This document shows, in pieces, positions 22,678-35,371 of a DNA stretch of 64,000 nt (positions within the stretch are counted from its first letter, which is position 1; every line of letters starts with the position of its first letter). The stretch covers positions 2,213,419-2,277,418 of the forward strand of contig NW_003314275.1 in assembly GCF_000143415.4 (NCBI RefSeq), read 5' to 3'. Position numbers and translations under genes: made by a program. The notes under the pieces are model-generated. The model was not told where the DNA came from and did no database searches. It saw nothing but the letters and a program-made list of their open reading frames with translations. Origin of the DNA: Selaginella moellendorffii (Eukaryota; Plantae; Lycopodiophyta).

Positions 22678-23564
22678 CTAGTGTAAATGCCTCAAATGGC
22701 CATAAAGGATAGCTGTAACAACAATGTTAATATTGCAATACATGTTATTTATGCTGCCAAGGAAGGAAGTGAACTCACCTTCATTGACCCATGTCACTAA
22801 CAAATATTCTACCACATGATTAATTGTATGATGAGCTCCTTTAAGAATGCTGAAACATGAAGTCAATAAGAATTCCAAGTAGAGATCTAAGGACCTATAG
22901 AGCCCTCAATCAAGTACACACACAACCATAAAATTCAAGAAACCTTATTTATTAGAAATTTACCCAACCAAGAAAATGTGGTGCCCTATTAATTTTACAG
23001 CTATCAACATAGTATCTGCCAAAACCAAAGACTATGGCATACAAATTCTACTGCATGCTCCATGTAAGAATTTAGTGAGTTGCAATAAGAGTAAATAAAG
23101 ATTAATTCATCAAATTGCTTGAAGATGCCCTATTACTAATAGCTGACTATGAACTATAATCAAAACCCTCCGAAACACTAAAACTCATTAAAACTGAATG
23201 TAATCTCCTCATCTTCTCACTAAGAACACTTTAAAAAAATTTAAAACACTTTTAAACAATTAAGGACTCTAAGAAAGGAGTTTAACCCTTTTTTGTCATT
23301 GCCTTTCTTCTTATAATTAGCCCTCCCATTAATTTCCTCCAAATCCTTATTCTCCTTTAGCATAAATTCTCCTCTCATAAAACTCCTAGGGAATATGTGC
23401 ATATCTCCACATCACACCCTAAATACCACATCAATTAAAAATGCTGTTGGACAACTCAAATAAAAGACTCACATTTTCTATAAACCCTATCCTCCCCATG
23501 TCAAGAAGCTTTCCATCTGTAGACTAAACCATTAAGAACATATCAGATTTTTGGTTTGTCTCAC

Positions 23565-26500
23565 TCAATTCACTAAAGCTCCCATTAACCTCCCTGTGCC
23601 ATTTGTAGGCTGTTCCTGTAGCATTCATTTGTTTGTAGGGAGTTTAAAAATCAATTCAAACCTGTAAGGAAGAATCCAAATCCTGTAGTGTAAATGGCTC
23701 CCCCTCGAAAGTTGCTCCTTTCTCCTTGAGAGTCTTCTCCATGAACTGAGACCAGTCAAAATTTTAGATCCGAAAGTGCTCACAACCCAATCAAACCTCC
23801 TGCGTGATGTTTTCATGCACAACTAGCTGCTCAACCAAGGCTTCAAGCACTTGTTTGTTTCGTGCCAGAATTTGGCTGGCTCGGTCACAAGCAACAGTGA
23901 GAAGCTGCCACCAAAACAAGAGTAAGAAAACACAAGACTGGTGCATTGTAATGATCAATTACCTTCGTGACCTTTCTCTCTATCACCGTCATCTCCTGCA
24001 AGCCCATATCCATTGGGCCCTCCTGTTCATCAAACAAAGATAAGAAAGCTTCAAGATTTTCATTCTAGGGCTCACCCCTTTGCTACGGTACACCATCGGA
24101 CTGTCATCCAAAGCCCATCCATACTCCATGACCATGTCCGCCGCAATCTACACCAAACAGTTCCCCTGGCAAATGAGTAAGAAAAAAGTTTAGTAGCTCA
24201 ACCTGCTTGGCCTCTTCAAGCTGTGGTTCTGCAAGGTTGTTCCTGTCCAGGACCGGCATTAGCATGCAGCATGCTACGTGAGAGGCATAGCATAAAACTA
24301 GTTTTTTCTCAAGGTAGTTTCTGGTCTGCGTGTGCGTTTCCAGATATCCTTCTTCAACTCTCCTTGTTAGCCTCGTCCATGCAATCCCCTGACATGGAAG
24401 AACTTGGAAATAAAAATGATTTCCTTGAAACATACAACTTGTACCTCCCACGATGTTTCGTCTAGCCATATGTATTCGACAATATCAAAGTTGGGAAGCA
24501 AACGCGCAAGCAAGCCTCGAGCAGCAGCCCATACCGCGTGAGGATACTTCGTTTCTCTCGTCCACTGCCGCAAGAGTTACAGCCAGGACAAGAAAAACAC
24601 ATCGGGAAAAACACGTATTTACCGGATAAAGAGGATCGTGGAACTCGATTCCTGGCTTTGATCTGCCTCGCACGTCCATATACCGAACAGTCATTTCGAA
24701 ATCCTCCTTCGTAACACGGAGGCCGAGCCAATCAATCACGCTCTGATCCCATTTCTTGAGGAGAGGTGTCTTCCTAATCCATTCTGGTACTATTTTGTTA
24801 TATTTCTGCAAAACAAACAAAAAAAAAAACATAAGTTGGTGCACTGTAGAAAAGCAGTATACGTTACATCTAATATGCACAGATAACTAAAAAGCTCTTC
24901 CTCGTCTTTGGTTTTCCAGTGGGTAGCGCATTGTTGCAAATTAACGGGAATAGGCTCAAGGTCAACATAAGTAAGGCCTTCTGTCTTCTCTGCTACCTGG
25001 ACGAGAAAGCATTCTAACCAGTTAAGTGAAATTTATACACGCGAGAACTAACCTCTGCCCAATTTACCCAGTCAACCACATGGGGAAACATGGTGTTCCG
25101 AGCAATCAGACGAAGCATTTGCTCACGCTGAGTTCTGTTGGGCGGAAGCAATTTAATTGTCCTATCCATTCGCCCCGGTCTACGCAGAGCTTCATCTATC
25201 CTCTCAGGATGGCTAGTTGTAGCAAGTACAACCACGCCTTCCTGTGTTTCAAACCTGAAAAAAATTGCCAGTAAGTTAGAACAGGGAAAATTTACATCAA
25301 ACAAAGAAGCCATACCCATCAAGCTCAACGAGCATTTGATTTATCAGAGTCTCCAGCTCCTGTGTGTCTAAATGCATGGTCTCTCCCCGCTTGCCAACGA
25401 AGTCGTCAAAGTCGTCCATGAAGAGGATAATAGGTGCCTGCTCAAAGGCAATTAATCAAGCGCGACAGCAGCCTAAAGTGAAGACTTACAAACTGTCGGG
25501 CCGTCTTAAAAAGCTCACGAACATTTGCAGCCTTTTGCCCGACCCATTCCCCTCCGCCTTGCAAGTCAAAGCTTTGCAGCTCAACGACTGGAACTCGCGC
25601 TTCGGATGCGATCGCTCGAGCCAGTGTCGTCTTTCCGGTTCCTGTTTCTCCTACAATGATAACGCCCTGCAGAACATAAATAAAGCTCAAGCGGCCGATA
25701 GAAAAACAACTACGACAAAGTTATTACCCGCGGAGCCCGTGCACCTAATTTTTTGAAAGCTCCCGGATCTCTCAGGAAGCTGACGACTTCATCTACCTCT
25801 TCTCTAAAAGTCTCAATACCAACAAAATCGTTTAGCGAGACTGGTGGCTTTCGTATTCTCTGTGAATAAAAAGTGATCAGTTTACCGACCAAAATCCACA
25901 TAAGAGCCTTACCTTCATCTTATCAAACACTCTCTTGATAGGATTTGTAGTTACTTGCTTCAGAAGAGGTGTCATCTCTTTGTAGACCTTCATATGTAGT
26001 TCCACAGCTTTGTCATACTGAGACTTAGGCAGTGGAGGAGGTCCAATAAAACGATAAATAGCTTTTGCCACCCGTGTTACGACAAACAAGAGCGGAACAC
26101 CAACCACGTAGATACGAAGTGGAAGATCCATCCAAAACGGCAACGCGATCTGACGAGCATCAAACTTAGCCTGGGCTGCCGTCTGCCATTTCATAAGAAA
26201 TGTCGGTTCAAGAAACTCTGACCCCTTTGGTAGTTCAAACCCAATCATTTCTCGTACCTGTCATAAGAAGTTTGTAAAATGAACACAAGAAAACGCGACA
26301 ACACACTGACCAGGCGAGGAAGCTTAAGAATTGCCGGGTAACCGAATCGCACCATCAGTTCTCCCAAGAGAGCGTCAAGGCTTTCAAAGTATAAGTCTCT
26401 AGCTGCTGCAACGACGCCCAAGTTCCATACGTACAAAACAGCGTCTATCAGCATGACGAAAGGAAGCCTGATCAACTGGAAAGCGGACCACTCTCGTAAA

Positions 26501-28402
26501 GGTATCCACATTTTTTCCATCACTGTAGGGATTTTGTTCTCCTTTAACATGGCATAAAACGCGTCGAAGCCACCAACGTCTTCCAACCTTTCGTTCAGAT
26601 CCTAAACAAGATTGAAAAAGAAAATCTGATCACCAAAACAAGGAAATTACAGTTTACTTACCTCGACATTGACAACGTACTCTTGATCGTCACCTTTGAG
26701 GCCCACAAAGATGACACGAAGGTCATGCCGAATTCTTACGTGATGGACGAGATTCTTCTCTACAGCATACATGGCCGCTGCGTCTGACATCTCCCACCGC
26801 CGAGATTTCTCATTATACCAAGTGTTCTGGAGAACTCTATCCCTCGCTAAAAGCAATTTCTCCTACAGAAGAAAATTAGAAAAAACAAAACTACAAATCG
26901 AAAGTAAGATACCTGCTGCTCTTGAATATATTTCTTGCCAGCCTCCGGATGGTCGAGCAAGTGCTGCTTTAATTCTTCTTTCTTGATCGAGCACCACTTC
27001 CGCCATCCCAAAATTGTCTTCACGGCTTCAGGGCCCGGAACGTCTGAAACGCTTCCCCCTAGAGCAGAATAAAGTTCGATCGATCCTAGTTTTCCGTCAA
27101 CAGCCGACACTGCTTTTCTTTCATCGGAACCAGCAAACTCGATATGCCTTCGAAGCAATTCATCCACCTCAGATTTCACGGTACTGTCGACTGGCACTAC
27201 GCCTTTCTCCTGTTTGTCTAAAGCCAGTGGCAAAATACTTTCCTCCCATATTTCTTTCCCTGACGCTCTAAGATCGTTCGCTATGCGTGACTCTAGACGT
27301 TCGGGCAGCCGGAACCTGAACAGAACGGAATTCTTTAGTGTCTCGCTCACTCCAACAGGCACTCTTACTTGGCAGCCTCCTCGAGCTCCGCAGCAAAAAT
27401 GGCAGTAAAGTTTGGTATTTCGTGCCACGCCCTCAGCCACCCCTCGTACTCGGATCCCACAAGCTCCGCTTTCACGTTCACAATTTTAGCTCTCAGCTCC
27501 TCGGTCTTTGAAAAGAATAGCGATTCCTGAGCATCGACTTGGTCATCCGATTCCGACTTCGGAGAGAAGGCCTTCGTTGAGCCACCTAGATCGTCCTCTG
27601 CTGGTTGCGTTTCCGCAGCGTCAAACTTCTTTCTCAAACCAGGAAAGCCATCCATAGCCTCGTTGAGCTCCTTCATCAGGGACGCTTCTTCCTTCCTCAG
27701 CTTAGCCAGGTGCGAGCTCGTCTTTAGCAAAACCTCTCCTTGCAACCTTCGAGCTCCCATCGTCAACTTTCGCCGGGCTTGCACTAGAGCCTCGCGGACT
27801 CTAAATTCCACCTCGAGGCTTCGGGCTTCGGACTTCCCAGCCAGTTCCTCAATCTCTTTCAGCATGTCCTTGACACCAAGAACTTCCCTGTACATCAATT
27901 CCCTCTCTTCGATTCCCTGCCGGAACTTCTCAAACCTCTTGTCCAAGCCATAGATCTCAAGCAATCTCTTCCTCATCGGTCCCATCTGCTCCATCTCTCT
28001 ATGAAACCCGTCCTTCCACTCCACAAATCTAGAATGTAAATCCGCGGCTGTGATCTTCTGCTCTTCCTCCTCTCCCACAAAAGCAGGAGCAGCAAACGCC
28101 GGGCGATGAGCTCCCAAGGCAGCCAGAGCGACAACAGCGATTCCAACCCCCAAAATCTTCGCCAAGCTCCCAAGCCAGCTAGAATCCCGTCGCTCGATGG
28201 ACGGCAAATCCGCAGGAAAATCGGCTGCCCGTCGCCTGGGAGCGCTGCGAAGCCGCTCTACCGCGAGAGTATGCCCTGCATTGCTCCCTGCCTTCGCTCT
28301 GACAAGAATCTTACCCCGGCGAGACGAATGCGGGGCAGGAATCCTGCTCCGGGCGCTCGGATTCGTCGGGCACGCCAGCAAGAGCAGCGATACGGCTCCC
28401 AT
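23565..28402 (-). CDS. FTSHI5: Chloroplast inactive FtsH-like AAA protein FtsHi5 (EMB2458-like), many exons
   Basis: RDRV..TWYNE..RRWEM...YAV, RIRHD, GGFDAFY, Walker A GETGTGKT and IDEALRRPGRMDR. HAVWAA replaces HEXXH. The last exons splice to a TGA at 23565. Confidence 0.9.
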
Positions 28403-28720
28403 CGCGCATCCCCGTCGCTCAAACCCCAGCCATGCCTGTGTAAACCCTAAACCTCAACCAAGCAGTCACTAATATCGACGGCTGTAATGCTTCCACGTGG
28501 AGGTGGGAAATCGCGGCTCAAACTCAGGCGTCCAAATATAACAAACCCCTGTTTAAACCCTAACACCGTTCACACATTTTTTTGTTCTTCTTCCTCTTCT
28601 TCTTTCTTCGCGCGAGGCGCATTCTATCTAATATTCCTCTCACACTCTTGCGCGGCGATCGATCGCCCGCATTATTTCGCAGCGCCAGCAGCTCCATTCT
28701 TTCCAGCGCTCGGCGATCTC

Positions 28721-30640
28721 ATGGGTTCAATCGCGCTCCCGTCGCGGCGCTGGATCTTGATCGCGCTCGTGGCAGCGGCGGTGGCGCTGGCAGCGATGAC
28801 GGGCGTGGATTCCGTGGGCGTGAATTGGGGCACAGTCACGTCTCACCGCCTCCCGGACAAGATGATCGTCAAGCTGCTCCAGGAAAGCCGGATTTCCAAG
28901 GTGAAGCTCTTCGACGCGGATCCCAGCGTGATCCGGGCCTTCGCAGGGACCGATTTGGAGCTCATGGTTGCGGTTCCAAACGATCTCCTCGAGGACATGG
29001 CGTTTAGCGAGAAGGCCGCGCGGAGATTTGTGCGAAGAAACATCACTAAGTTCTTATCCCACCAAGATGGCGTCAATATCAGGTATTTACACTCTTGCTC
29101 TTCCATACCCAGCCTTCTAGGGAGTTTTTTTCTCGTTTCTTCTTCCTCTTCCACTTTGTTCCAGCCTTTGGAGTAAAGGATTTTTAAGTGAGGAGAGAAA
29201 AGTGTTGGCACTTATGGGGTGGTACCAGCTCTAGAAAAACATTTTCTCAAAGCTATTGAGTGCCCAGAATGTGCTTAAAGGCGTACGTACAGTTCCTGGA
29301 TGCTCGAGTCACTTTAGAGCTTATGCTTCTGCAAAGAATCTGGAAAGCGTGAAAGTATGATAGGAACTTTTCCCCCTTTTCTTTTTGTTTGATATGATTT
29401 CTAGAGCGATCAGTCTACACGTTTTGGAGCTAAACAGTGTGATAGGAAGATAAGTTTTTCTAGTGCTAGCTCGAGATGCTTGATTTAATCCATTCGTGAT
29501 TGGTTTGGATCTCACAGGTACATTGCGGTGGGAAACGAACCTTTTCTCAAAGCCTACAACGGATCATACGAGGACGTGACCATCCCGGCCATCCGAAACA
29601 TGCAACAGGCGATCGAACAGGCCGGGATCCAACACAAGGTGACGCTGGTGGTACCACTCAACGCAGACATTCTCACGAATTCCGGCAACTCAGGCAAACC
29701 ATCGCAAGGAGCCATCCGCCCCGACATCCGGAGGCTGATGCGAACGATCCTCGAGTTCCTGGACAAGCACAAAGCTCCCTTCGTCATCAACATGTATCCC
29801 TTCCTCAGCTTGCAACAAGACTCTCACTTCCCAAGCGACTTCGCCTTCTTCGACGGCAGCGCGCACGTCCTGTCCGACGGCAGAAACTTCTACTCAAACG
29901 TTTTCGACGCGAGCTACGACTTGCTCGTCTCGGCGCTGGCGAGAGAAGGTTTCCCAGACATGGAGATCGTCGTGGGAGAGGTCGGCTGGCCAACCGATGG
30001 AGATATCTATGCAAACATCCCAAACGCGCAGCGGTTCAACCAGCAGCTCATCCGGCACGTAACCAGCAACCGAGGCACACCACTCCGGCCGGGGATCCCG
30101 ATCGAGATATACATCTTCGGCCTCGTCGACGAGGACCGGAAGAGTGTTCTTCCGGGCAACTTTGAGCGGCACTGGGGGCTTTACCGCTACGATGGCAAGC
30201 CGAAGTACTCGCTGGACGTGTCCGGCCGCGGTGGAAACGGTCTGAGCAGCCCGATCAACCTCATGAGCGTCTCCGGGGTGACTTACCTCCCGTCGCGCTG
30301 GTGCGTTCTCAATCCGGAAGTGGACGATCTCTCCAAGCTTCCGGCGACGATAAGCTACGCTTGCAGCTATGCCGACTGTAGCACGCTCGCTTACGGGGGA
30401 TCTTGCAACCACATTGGACAAACAGGGAATGCGTCGTATGCTTTCAACAGCTTCTACCAGATGAACAACCAGCGTACCGAGAGCTGCCACTTTGGAGGCC
30501 TGGGGATGATCACGGAGACTGATCCTTCCAGTGGGAACTGCCAGTTTCGGGTGGAGATCACGCCTTGGTCGGCTGCTAGCACTGTGTGGAGGGGTGGTGC
30601 TGCTGTCCTCGTGGTTTCCTTGTTGGTAGCTTTGTCGTAA
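28721..30640 (+). CDS. Glucan endo-1,3-beta-glucosidase (GH17 + X8, probable GPI anchor); exons 28721-29082 and 29518-30640
   Basis: Signal peptide, VGVNWG, YIAVGNEPF, VVGEVGWPTDG and ERHWG. X8 domain (WCV...YACS.ADC..L..GGSC) and a hydrophobic C-terminus. Confidence 0.95.
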
Positions 30641-31303
30641 TTAAAAGGTTTAAAGGCCATATTTATAGATAGTGCTTTAAGTCCCTATTAAATCATATAT
30701 ATTTATATTTATATTAACAAGGACAGCGCAAAGTGACATTTGTATGCGCATGGTTTGAGAGAAGTACTATTCCTAAGGATTAACTATTTTAATACGGGGG
30801 TATTCTCAAGTGTATGAGCGAGTTTATGGGTCTCTCAAGGTTTTTGCTGTTAATATTCGTGGTCTTAGCAAGCACGTCTTCGATTGTGGTAAGCTTTTCG
30901 GTCTATGGAGCCTATGTAATCTTTTCCCCATAACATGTTTAGAGATGTGCAAACCAACCTTGTGGTGGCTTTCTAAGGAGCTGTATCATTATGTCTTTCA
31001 AAACTAGAGTCCTAAAAGCCATATGCATGGTTGCTGGCTCATGGAAAAATCTAACACTGCCTATAAATTCGTGTGGGGGAGGTTTAAATTGCAAGGTTGA
31101 GGAATACCAGTTGATTTGCACTGATTATTCGTCCAAACGACTCAACATGGAAGCATATATAACTCTTGCCAATGGAACACTCAACTGTTGCAAAGCCCCT
31201 TGATAAAACGATAATAACAAAAGGATAAAAAACCATTAGTGTTTAGAGTGAAAGCACTGCGCTCTAGTAAAACTTAACTCTTAAGCTTGCCTCATGTGAA
31301 GAA

Positions 31304-32646
31304 CTAATCAGCCGTAGAGTGGTAGCAAAAAATGTAGCTAATTGTCATGATTTTTATCCATCGCGACGGTGGTGACAATGCTTTTGCCAAGGCATTCCTA
31401 CAACATCGATCCAAACAAGACGTCAAATTAGCAGAGCTCAAAAACCGCAGTCTACGTACTCCGCTTTTGGCCAAGAGCAAGCTCTCCGCGGTTGGAAAGC
31501 TCTGGAGCAGCAGGAAGCAGCGAACCGCTACCAGGAGCCTTCGAAAGACTGGGGCCTTGAGACGAGTGGAGAAGAGCGAGAAGCCGTTCTCGATGGCCCA
31601 GATCGCGAGCTGTTCGTTCTTCACCTGGATCTCGTCGATGTCAAAGCGGTGTTCCATCTTATCCTGCAGGTCCTCCGCGAGGTTGGGGTCGGGATGAGAC
31701 GCGAGGCTCCCAGTGGATCCCGCTTTGGCCATCTGAGCGATCATGGAGGCCGCTGGGTGATCTCTCTTGTTCTCCATCGGCTTCAAGGCCGCCATTCTGT
31801 AAACAGCATTCGTGTCTTGTCAACCATAGAACTATAGCGCTGTACATGACATACCGTCGCCTGTGAGATCTGGATCCGTAAGTCCCTAGCCTGTGACACA
31901 AAAATTGCATCATGTCCAGCATCGGGTCGATCCTTCTAACGTTAAAGTTACGGCATACCGGTTTGCTGGTTGGCTCGGCTGATCGAGTTCGCTCAGACGA
32001 CTCGCTCGTGGCGTCCCCTCGGTGTGAAGCATTACTTCCTCCCTGGAAGATCCACTGTAAAACAAATATCATCTCTTTTCTAGAAAATTTCGAGACTGTT
32101 CGCGCATGAAAGCTGAGGACTTCCTTGGCTACGAGTATCCCCGGAAGTTCTTGAGAAAGATGAACTTCAAAGTTATGGAATACCTTTCTGGTTCTGGTTC
32201 AAGCTCACGCAAAATCACTTCCTCATCGGAAGAACTGCAAACAAAAAAAACCTGGGCATTAGCTCTATTTCTTGAAACTTTCGAGACTTCTTCAAGCATG
32301 GTCAAAGCTAAGGACTTCCTTCGATCTGACAACGCATTGGCAGGCGGTGAAAAGGAGGAGGAGGAGGCAAAACGACGCTCATCGCAATTAATCCTTGGTG
32401 CGCCAAGAAACCAGGAAAATCAAAAGAAAATCTTTAGAAGCTCACATATTACGGGCAGGATCGATCAGAGTGACAGCATCGACGCCGAACGATCACGAAA
32501 GACGGTGAAAACAAGCTCCCGACAAGAGAAATTTCACAAGCACGCGAGACGCAGCGAGAGATTGCATCGCCGATCGGCCTAAACCTCAAACATAATCACG
32601 CAGACCTGGCGCCTTGATCGCTGCCCTCCGCGCTCTCGTCCTCCAT
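31304..32646 (-). CDS. Hypothetical multi-exon gene, product unknown
   Basis: A series of small GT-AG bounded segments leads in phase into the 31795-31304 ORF. Candidate ATG at 32646. No recognisable domain. Confidence 0.35.
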
Positions 32647-33364
32647 TTTGCAGGACCTAGCTCGAAGGCGGGCAAAAGAATGATTTGAATGACATGGCCA
32701 CGCTGTCCACAAACGTGGCACAATCCCAGCCGTCCGATTTCTTCGACGTGATTATGTCCAAATTAACCTAGAGTAGATTCTAGTATCTTGTGACATTTGC
32801 TTTTTTCTACGCATAACAAAGCGAAAACAAAAAAAGTGAAAGTGAATCTAACCTACAGAGCATATTCTAGGCACATTCACGTTTGCGATTTGCTCTGTGG
32901 GCGCATTACCTTTTAGGGTTCTTGGGGTCTTGATCGCGCGTAGGTGGAAAGATCGCAGGGATCAATCGATCCGAAAGCGAGCAGGCCAGCGGGGTAGCGA
33001 GAAGGGCACGGGCCACACGAGCCGAGCGTTGTTCACGCATTAAATTTCAGGGCGGCACAGTAGTGAATGGGAAAGAAAGGGGCAGTCAATTGACTAGCGA
33101 CAAAGGGCGATGATTCTTCCTCCCATGTTTACCGGTCTAAAAGCGTAACTGGTGATGTTCGTGGCGCGACCGGCGCTACGAGGAGCTATTCTTTGATCGC
33201 CCAAACAGGGGACCCCAATTTCCCCATCAAATTGGCTGCTCCTGGACGCCAAGATCGATTCTTTCCGTCCTGGGGTCGCTTTGATCGCGGGTTAGTGTCG
33301 TAATCTGGAAGAATTCGCAGGAATTGGCCTGGAATCGAGCAGGATTGGACGAGGAACCAGCGAA

Positions 33365-34738
33365 ATGGGGGATGACAACGAGGAGGACCGCCAATCCGTG
33401 GTATCTAGATCTAGTAGCTGTAGGAGCAGCAGCAGTAAACCTCACAAGGCCAACGATGCGGGATGGGAGGCGATCCGGTCGGTGGAAGCGCGCGACGGGA
33501 ACATCAATCTCTCCCACTTCAAGCTCCTCCAGCGATTGGGCAGCGGCGACATCGGCAGCGTCTATCTATCGGAATTGCGGGGCTTTCGCTGCCTGTTTGC
33601 GATGAAGGTGATGGACAAGACCGCTCTGGCAGCCAGGAACAAGCTCCTGAGAGCTGCCACCGAGAGGTCCATCCTGGAGAAGCTCGATCATCCCTTCCTC
33701 CCAACGCTCTACGCGCACTTCGACACGGCGAATTTTTCGTGCCTGATTATGGAGTACTGCCCGGGAGGAGATCTCCACACGCTGCGCCAGCGGCAGCTCA
33801 CAAAGCGATTCGACAACGAAGCAGTGAGGTAGGATTTGTTTTGATTTTTCCTCTTTTCGGCCGTGATCGATCCAAATGTGGCCTTGATTGATCGATCTCG
33901 CAGGTTCTACGCAGCAGAGATCTTGCTCGCGCTCGAGTACCTCCACATGATGGGCGTCGTCTACCGGGATTTGAAGCCCGAGAATGTGCTCGTCCGCCAC
34001 GACGGCCACATCATGCTCTCGGACTTCGACCTCTCCCTGATCTGCGATGTGAGCCCTACGGTGATCCAATCGCCACCTCCAGGAACAGCAGCGAGAAGAA
34101 GAGCCCCCTCTTTCTCCTCGTCCTCGTCCTCGTCCTCAACCAGCAAATTAGGGCGCCTCGGCGGGGGCGCATCGCCGTCGTGCATCCTGCCAGCGTGTGT
34201 CGCTCCCTGCACGGTGGACCGCCCGATGCCCCCAGCGGGTCAACTAAGGTCAACACGGGTCAACCCCCTCCCGGAGCTAGTCGCCGAGCCCACTGGCGCG
34301 CGCTCCATGTCGTTCGTGGGCACGCACGAGTACCTGGCGCCCGAGATAATCTCCGGCTATGGCCACGGCAGCGCGGTGGACTGGTGGACGCTGGGCATTT
34401 TCCTCTTCGAGATGTTCCACGGGAGGACGCCCTTCAAGGGGGGCGACAACGAGAGCACGCTGGTGAATGTGCTGACCAAGCCGCTCGAATTCGGGGGCGC
34501 CGCCGAGGGCGTGGAGCTCGGCGAGGACGCCAGGAGCTTGATCCGGGGCCTCCTCGCCAAGGATCCCGCCAAGCGCATTGCCTCCGCCAGGGGCGCCGTG
34601 GAGATCAAGCAGCACCCCTTCTTCGCGGGCACGAATTGGGCGCTGGTTCGCTGCGCCGCCCCGCCCGAGGTCCCCAAGGCGCTCCTCTGGCGGAAGAAGA
34701 ACACGGGATCCAAGAGCGACGACGTTGAATACTTCTAG
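33365..34738 (+). CDS. AGCVIII/AGC1 Ser/Thr kinase (D6PK-like); exons 33365-33828 and 33904-34738
   Basis: [25 protein letters not shown] in place of DFG, an insertion loop, [16 protein letters not shown] and C-terminal EYF (FxxF-like). Confidence 0.93.
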
Positions 34739-34865
34739 CCTCTGGTCAACGGCCACAGCCTCCAGTCAACTATGTTAAATGGGCCGTTGACTATCCTGTC
34801 AACGGCCCCTGGTCAACGGCAATATGGATGTTTGAATGTGGTGACCTAAAAACAGAGCTGTGGCA

Positions 34866-35300
34866 ATGGCGACTCTGGGTGTGGCTGGAATGTGCCTCGT
34901 CCGGGCGCGAGGTGAGAGATTTGGGGGAAATTCGGCGCTGGGCAGGGCGAGGATGCGCGGCGCGAGGCTCCAGTGCGCGGGGCCGAGGGTGTTTGAGGTG
35001 GAGATGGAGCACGAGGGGAAGATCCACACATTGAGAGTGCCCGAGGACGAGACGATCCTGTCCAAGGCGCTCGAGGAAGGGGTGGAGGTTCCGCACGATT
35101 GCAAGCTCGGGGTGTGCATGACTTGCCCCGCGAAGCTGGAGAGGGGGCGAGTGAATCAATCGGAGGGGATGCTGAGCGACGATGTGGTCGACAAGGGCTA
35201 CGCTCTTCTGTGCGTCGCGTATCCGCTGGAGGATTGCCGGATCCGGACGATTCCAGAGGACGAGCTTGTTTCCTTGCAGCTGGTGACATCCTCGGATTGA
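34866..35300 (+). CDS. FDC1: Chloroplast ferredoxin C1 (2Fe-2S)
   Basis: DCKLGVCMTCPA...GMLSDDVV..GYALLC, plus the C-terminal extension typical of FdC1. Confidence 0.9.
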   Translation: MATLGVAGMCLVRARGERFGGNSALGRARMRGARLQCAGPRVFEVEMEHEGKIHTLRVPEDETILSKALEEGVEVPHDCKLGVCMTCPAKLERGRVNQSEGMLSDDVVDKGYALLCVAYPLEDCRIRTIPEDELVSLQLVTSSD

Positions 35301-35371
35301 GGGCTAGCGCTAGAAACCATCCCAAGATCATAGAATCAAGAATGATAGAATAGCAAAACAACGAATATGCT

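Noticed and set aside
33110-33195. Short uORFs upstream of the AGC kinase
   Set aside because: The TSS is unknown and I cannot support conservation.
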